64,000 nucleotides of DNA, from positions 6,334-70,333 of the forward strand of contig JAZAUS010000002.1 in assembly GCA_036342255.1 (NCBI GenBank). The letters run 5' to 3'. The translations under genes and the position numbers were made by a program. The stretch is from Bacilli bacterium. GTDB taxonomy: Bacteria; Bacillota_I; Bacilli_A; RF39; UBA660. The notes under the pieces are model-generated. The model searched no databases, was not told the origin of the DNA, and worked only from the letters and a program-made list of their open reading frames with translations. The stretch's first letter is position 1; each line of letters begins with the position of its first letter. Of this stretch, positions 52,230 to 63,189 are shown piece after piece.

Positions 52230-53159
52230 TTATATTTTTATATTTTTACTATTTAAATAATTCTTTAGTAAATTATATTCATCATATGTTATCATACTTA
52301 ATTGATTTATATCTAAATTAATATTATTTATATCTTTGATATTTAATCTATTTATAATATCTTTTATTTTAGTATATTCTTGAATAGTATATCCATTTGT
52401 TAATTTGGCATTGACATCATTTAATAAGATATAATAATTTTTATAAGTTTCTTCTTTGTTGTTACTATCAAATATAGCACTACAGTCAATGCCATCGATG
52501 ATGAAGGTATTGCTATTAATTGGGATATTATCTTTGATAATATCGTTTGTTTCTGGTTCTTCAATTATAATATTTTCTTCTATTGGTTCAGAAATACTAT
52601 TATCAATTTCTTGTTTATATTGTTTGGTTAATTTTTTTTCTAATATGATATCTTTTATCTTATTAATTATAATTTCAATTAGATATATATAACATATTAT
52701 ATTTATATATATTATAAAGATTATATAATTAATATTTATTACTTTTAATACGTGATCTATGGTTATGTTTGTTAAATTTAATCTATTTGTTAATATTAAT
52801 ATAACATTTATCATGAAGATTAATAAATTAATACTAAACATTAAATAATTTATTATTTTATATTTTTTTGATTTAATAAAATTAATATTTATGACTGTTA
52901 TGATATTAACAATTATTAAAAGTAATAAATATGTCTTAATATTTGAATATTGTAGCTTGAATACAGCATTTAATCTATCATTGAAGATAAGGAAACCTAT
53001 CCATATTATGATTACATATACTATTACATATATTTGTTTTAATAATGGTTTTATTTTTTTATGAGATAAAAAAATAAAGGATATAATGAATAAGATAACT
53101 ACTATACTTAGATAAGCAAAATTTATATTTGCTATAAAGTTAATTAGTTCTTTTTTCAT
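52230..53159 (-). CDS. polytopic membrane protein with soluble C-terminal domain
   Basis: 309 aa; about 5 N-terminal TM helices. Confidence 0.5.
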   Translation of the reverse strand: MKKELINFIANINFAYLSIVVILFIISFIFLSHKKIKPLLKQIYVIVYVIIIWIGFLIFNDRLNAVFKLQYSNIKTYLLLLIIVNIITVININFIKSKKYKIINYLMFSINLLIFMINVILILTNRLNLTNITIDHVLKVININYIIFIIYINIICYIYLIEIIINKIKDIILEKKLTKQYKQEIDNSISEPIEENIIIEEPETNDIIKDNIPINSNTFIIDGIDCSAIFDSNNKEETYKNYYILLNDVNAKLTNGYTIQEYTKIKDIINRLNIKDINNINLDINQLSMITYDEYNLLKNYLNSKNIKI

Positions 53160-53172
53160 AATATCCTTCCTT

Positions 53173-54405
53173 TTAATTTGAATAATTCTTTATCATACTT
53201 TTAAATAGACTATATTCTTCTTCAGAATATCTTAATTTTAGTCTTAAATCTAGTCTACTATCTATATTGATAATATTACTATTATTCATTTCTCTTATTT
53301 CTTTTAACATTTTATTAAATGTTTTATAATCATTTAATGTATAATTATCTTTTTCATTTTTTTGTTCTTCAATTAATGGAATACCATTATTTAATAATCT
53401 ATCAAATAATATTTCACTGTCTACTTTTGGTTCTTCAACATCCATTATATTAGATTCTTGTTCTAGATCTTCATCAATAGATATAGTTAAATCATTTAGA
53501 CTGAAATTATCTTCAATTGTTTTATTTATATTTGTTTCGATAATTTCGGGTTCAGTTGATAATTCTATGTTATTATTTTCTATATTATCAAATGTTAAAA
53601 TATTATTATCTATATTTTTTGCTGTTTCAAATTCGTCCTCTAATGTTTCTATATAAGATAACTCGTTTGTATCATCTTCATTCTTAGAAAATGTATATAG
53701 ATAATTTTCCTCTTCTAATTGGTTTTCATCGTTGGTGATATCATCATCAATATTATCTATTTCTAATGTTGCTTTATTTATTATATTATTATTTATATAT
53801 TCTTCTTCAACATCTGTTTCTTTATTATTTCTTTCAATAATTCTAGATGCTATAATATTTGTTATATAAATAACTGCTAATGATATTAACCAAATAATAA
53901 ATATACCTATACTTATTTCTAATAATACTACTAAACTAGTATTTGAAAATAAAGATTTTTTAGAAAAAATATCTATTTTATTTTTACCTATAACTTCTAA
54001 TATTAGTGCTAATAGGAATTTTGTTGTAAAGAAACATATTCCATTGGCAATACGATAGGCTTTATCTATTTTCTTATTTAATAAACTTGTTAAAGTTACG
54101 ATATCTATTAATAATAAAGTGAATAAATAGCTTTGTGTTGATGGAAAATAGATATCTTTAAAGATGTTTGTTGCTATACTATCAAATACTCTATTTAATG
54201 TCATTGTATGATTTGATATAGTAACTATAAATAAGATAAGATAGCTTATTATCATTAGAATAATTACTTTATTATTTTTTATTTTTTTAGAAATTAATAC
54301 TATTGTTAATAAGGCAAATATTATTAGGAATATTGGATAGATAATAGAACTTCCAATAATACTAAATAAGTATCCTATTTTATCAAATATATTCGTGTAT
54401 TTCAT
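53173..54405 (-). CDS. polytopic membrane protein with highly acidic low-complexity C-terminal region
   Basis: 410 aa; N-terminal TM helices, Asp/Glu/Asn-rich tail. Confidence 0.5.
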   Translation of the reverse strand: MKYTNIFDKIGYLFSIIGSSIIYPIFLIIFALLTIVLISKKIKNNKVIILMIISYLILFIVTISNHTMTLNRVFDSIATNIFKDIYFPSTQSYLFTLLLIDIVTLTSLLNKKIDKAYRIANGICFFTTKFLLALILEVIGKNKIDIFSKKSLFSNTSLVVLLEISIGIFIIWLISLAVIYITNIIASRIIERNNKETDVEEEYINNNIINKATLEIDNIDDDITNDENQLEEENYLYTFSKNEDDTNELSYIETLEDEFETAKNIDNNILTFDNIENNNIELSTEPEIIETNINKTIEDNFSLNDLTISIDEDLEQESNIMDVEEPKVDSEILFDRLLNNGIPLIEEQKNEKDNYTLNDYKTFNKMLKEIREMNNSNIINIDSRLDLRLKLRYSEEEYSLFKSMIKNYSN

Positions 54406-54431
54406 GTCAACCTCCCCCTTAAATTTCCTTT

Positions 54432-55082
54432 CTATTCTATATTATCAAGTTCTAATATATATATGGTTTGTTTTGTTTCATCATCTTTGGTACAAGTTAT
54501 TAGAGTCATTGTACTTTTATTTTCATCTCTATAAATTGTAACTGTACCATCTTTTGTGTCAGTATAAATATTTACTATTTTGTAGTTATATTTTTTGTTT
54601 TTATAAGTTACACTTGCTATATCGCCTAAACCTAATTGGTATAGATTAGCAAAATAACTATTACTATAATTTCCAGAATGTCCTATAATTATAACATTAC
54701 CATATTCTTCATCTGGATAACTAGATACTTCTAAGATTTTTATGTTGAATTTAACATTATTTAATGAAGATTCTTTAGCATAAAAACCTTTTTGAAAACC
54801 TATTTTAGGTATTGATAGTTGTCCAATATATGATTGATAATTTGGATCTTGTTCTGTATCAACGCTATTTGAATCCCCTTCATTTTCTTGTTCAGTAGTT
54901 TCTTTTACCTCTTCAGATTCTTTTTCATTATCTTTTTTTATTTCCTCTGAAATAGCTATATTCATACTACTGAATACTTCTTCTCTTTTTTCTATAATAT
55001 AATTATGTAGCAAAAGAGTAATACCTATTATGATGAGTATTACTCCTGATGCTATTTGATATTTTAATTTATTAAATTCCAT
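54432..55082 (-). CDS. sortase
   Basis: 216 aa; N-terminal membrane anchor, catalytic His (IIIGHSG) and TLITC active-site motif; start codon overlaps the end of the upstream substrate gene. Confidence 0.8.
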   Translation of the reverse strand: MEFNKLKYQIASGVILIIIGITLLLHNYIIEKREEVFSSMNIAISEEIKKDNEKESEEVKETTEQENEGDSNSVDTEQDPNYQSYIGQLSIPKIGFQKGFYAKESSLNNVKFNIKILEVSSYPDEEYGNVIIIGHSGNYSNSYFANLYQLGLGDIASVTYKNKKYNYKIVNIYTDTKDGTVTIYRDENKSTMTLITCTKDDETKQTIYILELDNIE

Positions 55083-56886
55083 TATTCTTTTTAAAATTCT
55101 TAGCGATTAGAACAGAACCCATCATTAATACTATTAACCCTATCATAGATGAAGCAATAGTACTAAATGAACCTGTACTTGGTACTGCTACTTCTTCAGC
55201 TTTTTGTGGTACTACTTCTTTAGTGTTATATACGATAACATTAATGTTTGTTTCGTTGTTTTCTGGTACTGTAAAGCTTACTTTTTCTGTTGACAATTTA
55301 TATCCTTCTGGTGCATCTGTTTCAGTAATTGTATAAGTTCCTGGAGCTAGATTTTTTATTACATGAGCAGTTGTTTCAGTAACAAAGGTTTCAACAACTT
55401 CTCCTTTTTCATTTCTAACTTCTAATGTTGCTCCAGCAATTTGTTCTTTTGTAGAACTATCTTGTTTATTGATAATTACTTGTGGTGCAACAACTTTTTT
55501 AGGACTATTATACATAACTACTGGACTAGTTTCACCATTTTCATCTACTTCAAATGTAACAGATTCAGTAGATAATTCATATCCTTCTGGTGCAATTGTT
55601 TCTGTTAATTTGTATTTTCCTGGTTTTAAATCTGTTATAACATGTGGTGTTGAACCAGATACCCATTTATCTATTTCATTACCATTTTCATCTTCTAATA
55701 CTAAAGTTGCTCCTGGTAATTCTTGTTTTGTAGTTGCATCTTGTTTACTAATTGTAGTTTTCTTTACTTCTTTTTTAGTTGGAGTATTATACATAACTAC
55801 TTTATTAGTTGTTCCTTTATTTGTAACTTCGAAAGATATTTCTTCAGTTGATAAATCATATCCTTCTGGTGCAATTGTTTCTTTCAATTTATATGTTCCT
55901 GGAGTTAAACTTACTTCATGTGGTGTATCTGATGAAGTCCATGAATCAATTACTTCATTTGATGCATTTCTTATTTCTAATTTTGCTCCTGGTAATTCTT
56001 TCTTAGAAGTTACATCTTGTTTGCTGATTACAACTTTATCTACTGCTAATGACATACTTTTTGATGCACTAGCACTTTTTGCGATTGGATAAGTTGCACT
56101 CATAACTTGGTATTTGCTATTACTTGGAGTGTATTTATATGATTTAAGTATAGTCTTGCTGTTAGAAACTTTAACTGTGAAAGTACTTTTTGTATTGCTA
56201 ACTGAGCTAGCTGGTACTTTAATAGTTATTTTATTTCCATTTTTAGTAAAATCTGTATTCTTTGGTGCATTTACTAATTCTACTTTATAATCACTTTCTG
56301 AACTGTTAACAACTATTCCATTAGAAACATAGTATTTACCATCATTACTTATAGTGAAGTTAATACTATCTGTTGTAATACTAATAGTTGGAGCAGCTTG
56401 ATTATAGCTTTTTTGAGCTTTAGCTTTACTTACTAAATCTTTAATTTGTTTTGCATATGTATTTGATGAAGATGAAATTTTTGATTTAAATGTGTTAATA
56501 CTATCTGAATAATTCATCTTTTTAGTATCCATTAGGTAAATCCAATATGCAGTTTGTGCTACAAAATATTCCTTATCTGTTTTAGCTTTATATCCTTGCT
56601 CTAAAATGTAATTTACACCTGGATCAGTATATGATCCTGCATTTGTGTAATTAACACTTGTTACTGGCATGTTTTTAGCATAAGTTGCACAGTATACGTA
56701 TTTTCCATCAGTAGTTTCCTTTATATGAAATGTTTGAGGAAAACTAATTGGTGGCGTATAATTACGATATTTCATCTTTAAAGATGAAGGTGCTGAACTA
56801 GCAGCATTTACATTACTTAATCCTAATATAGATATAATAGTTATAAATAATGCAAGAATTGATTTTCTTATATTATATTTTTTCAT
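55072..56886 (-). CDS. sortase-anchored surface protein with three tandem Cna-B/SpaA-type domains and VPSTG sorting signal
   Basis: signal peptide MKKYNIRKSILALFITIISILGLSNVNA (start moved to ATG 56886, which has AAGGAGGG SD); C-term VPSTG + hydrophobic stretch + KNFKKNNGI. Confidence 0.8.
   Translation of the reverse strand: MKKYNIRKSILALFITIISILGLSNVNAASSAPSSLKMKYRNYTPPISFPQTFHIKETTDGKYVYCATYAKNMPVTSVNYTNAGSYTDPGVNYILEQGYKAKTDKEYFVAQTAYWIYLMDTKKMNYSDSINTFKSKISSSSNTYAKQIKDLVSKAKAQKSYNQAAPTISITTDSINFTISNDGKYYVSNGIVVNSSESDYKVELVNAPKNTDFTKNGNKITIKVPASSVSNTKSTFTVKVSNSKTILKSYKYTPSNSKYQVMSATYPIAKSASASKSMSLAVDKVVISKQDVTSKKELPGAKLEIRNASNEVIDSWTSSDTPHEVSLTPGTYKLKETIAPEGYDLSTEEISFEVTNKGTTNKVVMYNTPTKKEVKKTTISKQDATTKQELPGATLVLEDENGNEIDKWVSGSTPHVITDLKPGKYKLTETIAPEGYELSTESVTFEVDENGETSPVVMYNSPKKVVAPQVIINKQDSSTKEQIAGATLEVRNEKGEVVETFVTETTAHVIKNLAPGTYTITETDAPEGYKLSTEKVSFTVPENNETNINVIVYNTKEVVPQKAEEVAVPSTGSFSTIASSMIGLIVLMMGSVLIAKNFKKNNGI
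55213..56031 (-). repeat. three tandem about 276-bp (92-aa) coding repeats (ISKQD...LPGA-L....G....W-S...PH-I--L-PG-Y-L-ET-APEGY-LSTE...F-V...VVMYN)
   Basis: repeat visible in translation, residues about 303-575. Confidence 0.8.
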
Positions 56887-56973
56887 AACCTTGAACCCTC
56901 CTTGAATTTCGGTTTTATATAATAGCACTAAAAACATGGTTTGTCAAGTATTTTTTTACTTTTTGTTAATTTT

Positions 56974-57014
56974 TTAGCAATCTAAGTTGACAATTGCTAA
57001 AAAGGTGCTATAAT
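56974..57014 (+). promoter_or_regulatory. clpB promoter (TTGACA-16-TATAAT) overlapped by a CIRCE-like inverted repeat TTAGCAATC-N9-AATTGCTAA
   Basis: -35 at 56987..56992, -10 at 57009..57014, IR 56974..57000; GGGAG RBS 57025..57029. Confidence 0.6.
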
Positions 57015-57039
57015 TAATCTTGAAGGGAGATGGATAAAA

Positions 57040-59154
57040 ATGAATATGGGCTTTAATAATAATGAAAATGATGAGAATGTATTAGAGAAATATGGACGTG
57101 ATATTACTGAAAGCTCAAAAGCTGGTAAGATAGATCCTGTTATTGGACGTGACGATGAAATAAGGAGTATTACAAGAATACTATCTAGGAAAACTAAAAA
57201 TAATCCTGTATTAATTGGTGAGGCTGGTGTTGGTAAAACAGCTATTGTTGAAGGTCTTGCTAATAGAATTATTAAAGGAGATGTTCCTAATAGTCTTAAG
57301 GATAAAACTATATGGGAGTTAGATATGGCTTCTTTAGTAGCAGGAGCTAAGTATCGTGGTGAATTTGAAGAAAGATTAAAAGTAGTATTAAAAAAGGTTA
57401 AAGAATCTGATGGAGAAATTATTTTATTTATAGATGAGATTCATATGATAGTTGGAGCTGGGGCTGTAGATGGGGCAATGGATGCTGGTAATATGCTAAA
57501 GCCTATGCTTGCTCGTGGTGAAATACATTGTATTGGTGCAACCACTTTAAATGAATATCGTAAATATATTGAAAAAGATAGTGCACTAGAAAGAAGATTT
57601 CAGAAAGTACAAGTTAATGAACCTACTGTTATGGATACTATAACTATATTAAGGGGGTTAAAATCTAAGTTTGAAGTTTATCATGGGGTTAATATTAAGG
57701 ATAATGCTTTAATAGCTGCTGCTACTTTATCTGATAGATATATTACTAATAGATTTTTGCCAGATAAGGCTATTGACTTGGTTGATGAAGCTTGTGCTAC
57801 AATAAAAGTACAAATGGAATCAGTTCCTACGGAACTAGATACTTTAACTAGAAAAATAATGCGTTTGCAGATAGAGAAAGCTGCTTTAAAGAAAGAAAAA
57901 GATGATATATCTAAAAATAGAAAATTAGAGATAGATAAGCAACTTGATAAATTAACTGAACAAGAAAAAAATTTAAGAGATGCTTGGGAGGAAGAAAAAG
58001 ATATTAATAGTTTAATTAGTAATAAGAAAGAAGAAATTGATAAGGCTAATTATAAATTGGAAGTAGCAGAGACTAATTATGATTTAGAAACTGCTGCTAG
58101 ATTAAGACATGGGGAAATACCTAAGCTAGAGTCTGAACTTATGGAACTGCAGAAGCAAAATAAATCTAATATTCTATCTGATACGGTTACTGATGAGAGT
58201 ATTGCTTCAATTATTTCTAAATGGACTTCTATTCCTATAAATAAACTAGTTGGTAGTGAAAAGGATAAATTATTGCATTTAGAAGAGAATATGAAGAAAC
58301 GTGTTATGGGTCAGGATAAGGCTATTCATTTGGTTAGTGAAGCTATTATAAGGGCAAGAGCTGGAATAAAAGATCCTAATCATCCAATTGGTTCATTCAT
58401 CTTCTTAGGACCTACTGGAGTTGGTAAAACTGAAGTTGCTAGAACTCTTGCATATGAATTATTTGATGATGAAAGACATATTGTTAGGATTGATATGTCT
58501 GAATATATGGAATCTCATAGTGTTGCTAGGTTAATCGGTTCTCCTCCAGGATATGTTGGATATGATGATGGAGGACAATTAACAGAAGCTGTTAGAAGAA
58601 ATCCCTACTCTATTGTTTTATTTGATGAGATTGAAAAGGCTCACAAAGATATTTTTAATATTTTATTACAAATACTAGATGATGGTAGAATTACTGATTC
58701 ACAAGGTAGATGCGTAGATTTTAAAAATACTATTATTATAATGACTTCTAATATTGGTAGTGAATATATTCTTGATAATCATGATAATTATGAAGATATG
58801 GTTATGGGTGAATTAAAGAATAATTTTAAACCTGAGTTTATTAATAGAATTGATGAAATAATTATATTTAATTCTCTTACAAAGGATGTTGTTTATACTA
58901 TTTTAGATAAGATAATTAGTGATTTGGAAGAACGTTTAAGAGATAAGAGATTGAAAGTTGTTTTAACGGATAAGGCTAAGGATTATATAATTAATGAGTC
59001 TTATGATGTTAATTTTGGAGCTAGACCTATTAAGAGATATGTTCAAAGAAATATTGAGACTTTGATTGCTAATGAGATTATTAAAGATAATATTAAATAT
59101 AATAGTACTATTGTTGTTGATGTTGATGAGGATAAGTTTATAATTGAGAATTAA
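57040..59154 (+). CDS. clpB: ATP-dependent chaperone ClpB lacking the N-terminal domain
   Basis: 704 aa; begins at the region equivalent to the end of the N-domain linker ([46 protein letters not shown]); two AAA+ modules, middle coiled-coil domain. Confidence 0.9.
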   Translation: MNMGFNNNENDENVLEKYGRDITESSKAGKIDPVIGRDDEIRSITRILSRKTKNNPVLIGEAGVGKTAIVEGLANRIIKGDVPNSLKDKTIWELDMASLVAGAKYRGEFEERLKVVLKKVKESDGEIILFIDEIHMIVGAGAVDGAMDAGNMLKPMLARGEIHCIGATTLNEYRKYIEKDSALERRFQKVQVNEPTVMDTITILRGLKSKFEVYHGVNIKDNALIAAATLSDRYITNRFLPDKAIDLVDEACATIKVQMESVPTELDTLTRKIMRLQIEKAALKKEKDDISKNRKLEIDKQLDKLTEQEKNLRDAWEEEKDINSLISNKKEEIDKANYKLEVAETNYDLETAARLRHGEIPKLESELMELQKQNKSNILSDTVTDESIASIISKWTSIPINKLVGSEKDKLLHLEENMKKRVMGQDKAIHLVSEAIIRARAGIKDPNHPIGSFIFLGPTGVGKTEVARTLAYELFDDERHIVRIDMSEYMESHSVARLIGSPPGYVGYDDGGQLTEAVRRNPYSIVLFDEIEKAHKDIFNILLQILDDGRITDSQGRCVDFKNTIIIMTSNIGSEYILDNHDNYEDMVMGELKNNFKPEFINRIDEIIIFNSLTKDVVYTILDKIISDLEERLRDKRLKVVLTDKAKDYIINESYDVNFGARPIKRYVQRNIETLIANEIIKDNIKYNSTIVVDVDEDKFIIEN

Positions 59155-59164
59155 AAAAGAACCA

Positions 59165-59190
59165 ATAAGGTTCTTTTTAATTGGTTACAT
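59165..59190. terminator. bidirectional rho-independent terminator between clpB and the deacetylase gene
   Basis: hairpin aagaacc-aataa-ggttctt flanked by A-run and T-run. Confidence 0.6.
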
Positions 59191-60607
59191 TATGTTTTAT
59201 TTGTGGTGTATCTAAAGTAATATTTGAAAATGTATAGCCATTTTTCTTTCCATATTTGATTATATCACGTAAGGCATTTAGTGTTTTATAGTTGTTATCA
59301 TAATCATGTAATAGAACAATATTTGTTTTTTCATGATCAAGATTATTAATTACATTATTATATACATCTTCTTTTGTTTGAGCACTACCTGCGTCTTCAG
59401 AATCAACGTTCCAATCATAATATTTATAACCTTTATTAGTTAATTCTTTTGTTAGGTAACTCATTACTCCTTTGGTATATTTATTACTTATTGTATTGGA
59501 ACTTCCACCAGGGAAACGTATTATTTTTGGATTTATTCCAACTAATGAATATACTTTTTTAGATAAAATTGATAATCCCTCAATGTAGGCGTTGTTGCTT
59601 GAATAGTCAATATTATAACGATGAGTGTTGCTGTGAAGAGCTATAGTATGTCCTTCTTTATATTGTCTTTTAATCAAATAGTTTAAGTTATTATCTTTAT
59701 TTATAATAAAAAAGGTAGCTTTAATATCTTCTTCTTTTAATATATCAAGTATCTTTGGTGTTATTTGCGCACTTGGTCCATCGTCAAAGGTTAAGTATAT
59801 TTTGCCATCACCAGGATTATTAATTTCATTATTGGTTACTCGCACTATTCTTTTAATGGTTTCTTTATTTCCACTTGAATCTGATACTTCGTAGTTTATA
59901 GTATAGGTACCTAGTTTGTTATTGTCTAAGTCACTTGTTATTTTTACTTTATTAGTTAGATCTTTATCACAGTTATCTATGGCTTTGTATCCTGGTTCTT
60001 TATATTCTTTTCCAAGTGAAAGATATAAATAATTATTTCCTTCTAATGTTATTACTGGTTTATCTATGTCTTTAAGAGAAATTTTTCTTGTTTTAGAAGT
60101 AGTATTTCCACTTGTGTCTTTAACTGTATATACTATTTCTTTTTTGTACTTTTTAGTTGTTACTTTATTTGTAAGATCACCATCATAATTGTCTTTAGCA
60201 ATATATCCTATTTCTTTATATTCTTTATTAGGACATATATTTATTATTTTATCTCCTTTAAGTATTATTTCTGGTTTCAATTTATCTACAACATTAACAA
60301 TTCTTTTTTTCTTAATTGAGAATATAGAATTGTTAATGTTGTAGTTAACATAATATTTGCCTATTTTTTTATTATTTATATTATTATATATTTTGACTTT
60401 ATTGGTTAGGTCTTTATTTAAATAATAAGCTTTGTATCCTGGTTCTTTATAATTACTATATACATCCATATTAATTGTATCATTTGTTAATTTTATTTTT
60501 GGCATATATAATATTATAGAAGTAAATATTATTATATTGATTGCTATTAAGATATGTATGGATTTTGGTAATTTTTTATTTTTTTTATTGTTATATTTCT
60601 TTGACAT
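59177..60607 (-). CDS. membrane-anchored polysaccharide (peptidoglycan) deacetylase with two Ig-like (DUF5011-type) repeats
   Basis: 476 aa; N-terminal TM; NodB motifs TFDDGP and HS-TH; repeated KPxI-LKG...EYKE-GY-A-D-YDGDLT modules. Confidence 0.75.
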   Translation of the reverse strand: MSKKYNNKKNKKLPKSIHILIAINIIIFTSIILYMPKIKLTNDTINMDVYSNYKEPGYKAYYLNKDLTNKVKIYNNINNKKIGKYYVNYNINNSIFSIKKKRIVNVVDKLKPEIILKGDKIINICPNKEYKEIGYIAKDNYDGDLTNKVTTKKYKKEIVYTVKDTSGNTTSKTRKISLKDIDKPVITLEGNNYLYLSLGKEYKEPGYKAIDNCDKDLTNKVKITSDLDNNKLGTYTINYEVSDSSGNKETIKRIVRVTNNEINNPGDGKIYLTFDDGPSAQITPKILDILKEEDIKATFFIINKDNNLNYLIKRQYKEGHTIALHSNTHRYNIDYSSNNAYIEGLSILSKKVYSLVGINPKIIRFPGGSSNTISNKYTKGVMSYLTKELTNKGYKYYDWNVDSEDAGSAQTKEDVYNNVINNLDHEKTNIVLLHDYDNNYKTLNALRDIIKYGKKNGYTFSNITLDTPQIKHNVTN

Positions 60608-60686
60608 ACTATCACTACCTATTTATTAATATTATTTATAACTATATAAAAATAATAATTTAGAAAAATTATTATTTTGTTTATTA

Positions 60687-61010
60687 TTATTCACTTTCAT
60701 TTGCTTTAAAAGCTATTACAATCATTATTATTCCTATTATGGCACAAAATATTTCTACGAAGACGATACCTATTGATTTTTTGGGATTAATATTATCTTC
60801 AACGGTATCATCACTTTCTTCTTGGTCATCAAATAAACTATTATCTGATTCTTCACTCTCTTCGTATTCGTTATCTTCATAGTTATATGTATCAGTTATT
60901 TCTTCTGTTGTGGTAGTAGTTGTTGTAGTTTCTTCTGCTTTTACTACTATATTAGAAGAAAAACTTATTATAAATATTAACACTAGTATTGCTATTAGTT
61001 TCTTTTTCAT
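60687..61010 (-). CDS. small secreted/anchored acidic protein with Thr run and C-terminal TM
   Basis: 107 aa; signal peptide, TTTTTTT, Asp/Glu-rich, C-terminal hydrophobic helix. Confidence 0.45.
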   Translation of the reverse strand: MKKKLIAILVLIFIISFSSNIVVKAEETTTTTTTTEEITDTYNYEDNEYEESEESDNSLFDDQEESDDTVEDNINPKKSIGIVFVEIFCAIIGIIMIVIAFKANESE

Positions 61011-61129
61011 AATACCACCTTTATATTCAGTTTCTATTAATAGAATATCAAATAATTAGTAAAATTTCAAGAGAAAAGAATAATATTTATAAAAAAAGAT
61101 TATTGATTTTAATCAATAATCTTAGTATG

Positions 61130-62005
61130 TTAATTATTAATTTGTTTCATTACTTCGTCAGCAAAATTTTCATTTCTTTTTTCTATTCCTTCACCAACTT
61201 CATAACGTACAAAACTTATTACTTTGCTATTTTTAGATTCTACATATTTAGATACTTTCATCTTGCTTTCTTTTATAAAAGTTTGATCTACTAAACATAC
61301 TTCTTCAAAGAATTTGTTTAATCTTCCTTTTACAATCATTGGTATCTTTTTAGAATCTAATCCTTCATTTTCAGCTTGTTCTGTTAAAATTTCTTTTTCT
61401 CTTTCAATTCTTTCTTCTGGTACTTCATCTTGATTTAGGTATAATGGGCGCATTGCTGCTGCTTGCATTGCTATATCTTTAGCTAATTCTTCATCATCAC
61501 CATCTATAACAGTTACTGTTACAATTTTTCCGCCCATGTGTGAGTATGTACCAAATATTTCTTTAGCTTTCTTTTTAATAATTTCGAATCTTCTTAAGGT
61601 AAGTTTTTCACCTATTTTTCCACTTTTTTCAGCAATTATTTCTTCAATAGTTTTATCATCTATTTTCATTTTTAATGCTTCTTCTGTTGTTTTTGCTTTT
61701 CCATTTAATATAGCATCAGATACTATTTCTACTAATTCTTTAAATTCTTCGTTTTTGGCAACGAAATCTGTTTCTGAATTAATTTCAACAATTACTGCTT
61801 TATTCTTATTAATTTTGGCAAGAGCTAATCCTTCTGCTGCTATACGTGATTGTTTCTTTGCTGCTTTTGAAATTCCTTTTTCTCTTAACCAATCAATTGC
61901 TTCTTCAATATTCCCGTTTGTTTCGTCTAGTGCTTTTTTACAATCTAACATACCAGCACCAGTAGCTTCTCTTAATTCTTTTACCATACTTGCACTAATA
62001 GCCAT
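61130..62005 (-). CDS. tsf: translation elongation factor Ts
   Basis: 291 aa; [27 protein letters not shown]-terminal UBA-like motif of EF-Ts. Confidence 0.9.
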   Translation of the reverse strand: MAISASMVKELREATGAGMLDCKKALDETNGNIEEAIDWLREKGISKAAKKQSRIAAEGLALAKINKNKAVIVEINSETDFVAKNEEFKELVEIVSDAILNGKAKTTEEALKMKIDDKTIEEIIAEKSGKIGEKLTLRRFEIIKKKAKEIFGTYSHMGGKIVTVTVIDGDDEELAKDIAMQAAAMRPLYLNQDEVPEERIEREKEILTEQAENEGLDSKKIPMIVKGRLNKFFEEVCLVDQTFIKESKMKVSKYVESKNSKVISFVRYEVGEGIEKRNENFADEVMKQINN

Positions 62006-62026
62006 TTTTTTACCTCTTTCTTTTTT

Positions 62027-62986
62027 TTACTTTAAAACTTCTATTAATTCGCTTTTTTTCATTTTAGAATAGCCTTTTATTTCTCTTTTTTTAGCCATTT
62101 CTTTTAATTCTGCTACTGTTAGAATATTTAAATCTAGTTTTGGTTCAGCAATTTCTTCTTTTATTTCTTTTTGCTCTTCTTCTACTACTTTATTATCTTT
62201 TGGAGCTGGTTTTGTTTCTTTCTTAGTAAATTTTTTTTCTTTTTCTTTACGTTCAAAGCTCTTTGCTTTCTTTGTTTCATCTTCACTTACGTAATCTACT
62301 AAAGTTCCTCCATTTACTTCAACAATTGCATTTGTTAAAGAACCTAATACTACTTTAATAGCTCTAACTGCATCATCATTTCCTGGGATTACATAATCTA
62401 CTAGATCTGGATCACAGTTAGTGTCAATAATACCAAATGTTGGTATTCCTAATTTATGTGCTTCTCTTATTGCATTTTCTTCTTTAATAGAATCTACAAT
62501 AATTACAGCTTGTGGTAATCTATTCATTTCTCTTATACCACAAAGGTTTCTGTTTAGTTTTTCATATTCTTTTTTTAAGCCTATTACTTCTTTTTTTGGT
62601 AACTTGTCAAAAGTACCATCTTTTTCCATTTTTTCAATGTCTTCTAATCTTCTTACTCTTTTTCTAATTGTTCCAAAGTTTGTTAGGGTTCCTCCAAGCC
62701 ATCTTTCTGTCATGTAATACATATTACTTCTTGTTGCTTCTTCACGACATACTTCACTAGCTTGTTTTTTAGTTCCAACAAACAATACTTTTCCGCCATC
62801 TGCAACTATTTTTGTTAATGCTGCATAAGCTTCTTCTAATTTTTCTACAGTTTTTTGTAAATCAATTATATAAATATCATCACGAGAGTTGTAGATATAC
62901 TCTTTCATTTTAGGATTCCATCTCTTAGTTTGATGACCGAAATGAACTCCTGCTTCTAGCAAGTAACTCATAGATACTACTGCCAT
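62027..62986 (-). CDS. rpsB: 30S ribosomal protein S2 with about 85-aa Lys/Glu-rich C-terminal extension ending in a Rho_N-like motif
   Basis: start set at ATG 62986 (MAVVSMSY..., AGGAGG RBS) rather than GTG 63040; S2 core; tail [31 protein letters not shown]. Confidence 0.85.
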   Translation of the reverse strand: MAVVSMSYLLEAGVHFGHQTKRWNPKMKEYIYNSRDDIYIIDLQKTVEKLEEAYAALTKIVADGGKVLFVGTKKQASEVCREEATRSNMYYMTERWLGGTLTNFGTIRKRVRRLEDIEKMEKDGTFDKLPKKEVIGLKKEYEKLNRNLCGIREMNRLPQAVIIVDSIKEENAIREAHKLGIPTFGIIDTNCDPDLVDYVIPGNDDAVRAIKVVLGSLTNAIVEVNGGTLVDYVSEDETKKAKSFERKEKEKKFTKKETKPAPKDNKVVEEEQKEIKEEIAEPKLDLNILTVAELKEMAKKREIKGYSKMKKSELIEVLK

Positions 62987-63189
62987 TTTTTCATTCCTCC
63001 TTTTTGTTTTGCTTCCAAATATTTCAACTTTATCTTCCACTTATAAATAAGCACTAGAAAGATAAATCCATATTTGTGAATATTTTGAAAAGCCATAATT
63101 ATGTTAACATAAAAATTCTTTATTAACAAGGGTTTTGTAAAAAAAACTTACTAATTTAGTATTATTACTAAACTAGTAAGTTATTTTTT

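Noticed and set aside
56887-56937. N-terminal extension MFLVLLYKTEIQGGFKV of the surface protein (ORF-track start 56937)
   Set aside because: The internal ATG at 56886 has a strong SD (AAGGAGGG) and begins a textbook signal peptide. The upstream 17 codons lack an RBS.
57030-57056. ATG at 57030 as clpB start
   Set aside because: It is in a frame that terminates after 8 codons. ATG 57040 is correctly spaced from the GGGAG RBS and continues into the ClpB frame.
62987-63040. GTG-initiated 18-codon N-terminal extension of rpsB
   Set aside because: ATG 62986 is preceded by AGGAGG at ideal spacing and gives the conserved S2 N-terminus [19 protein letters not shown].
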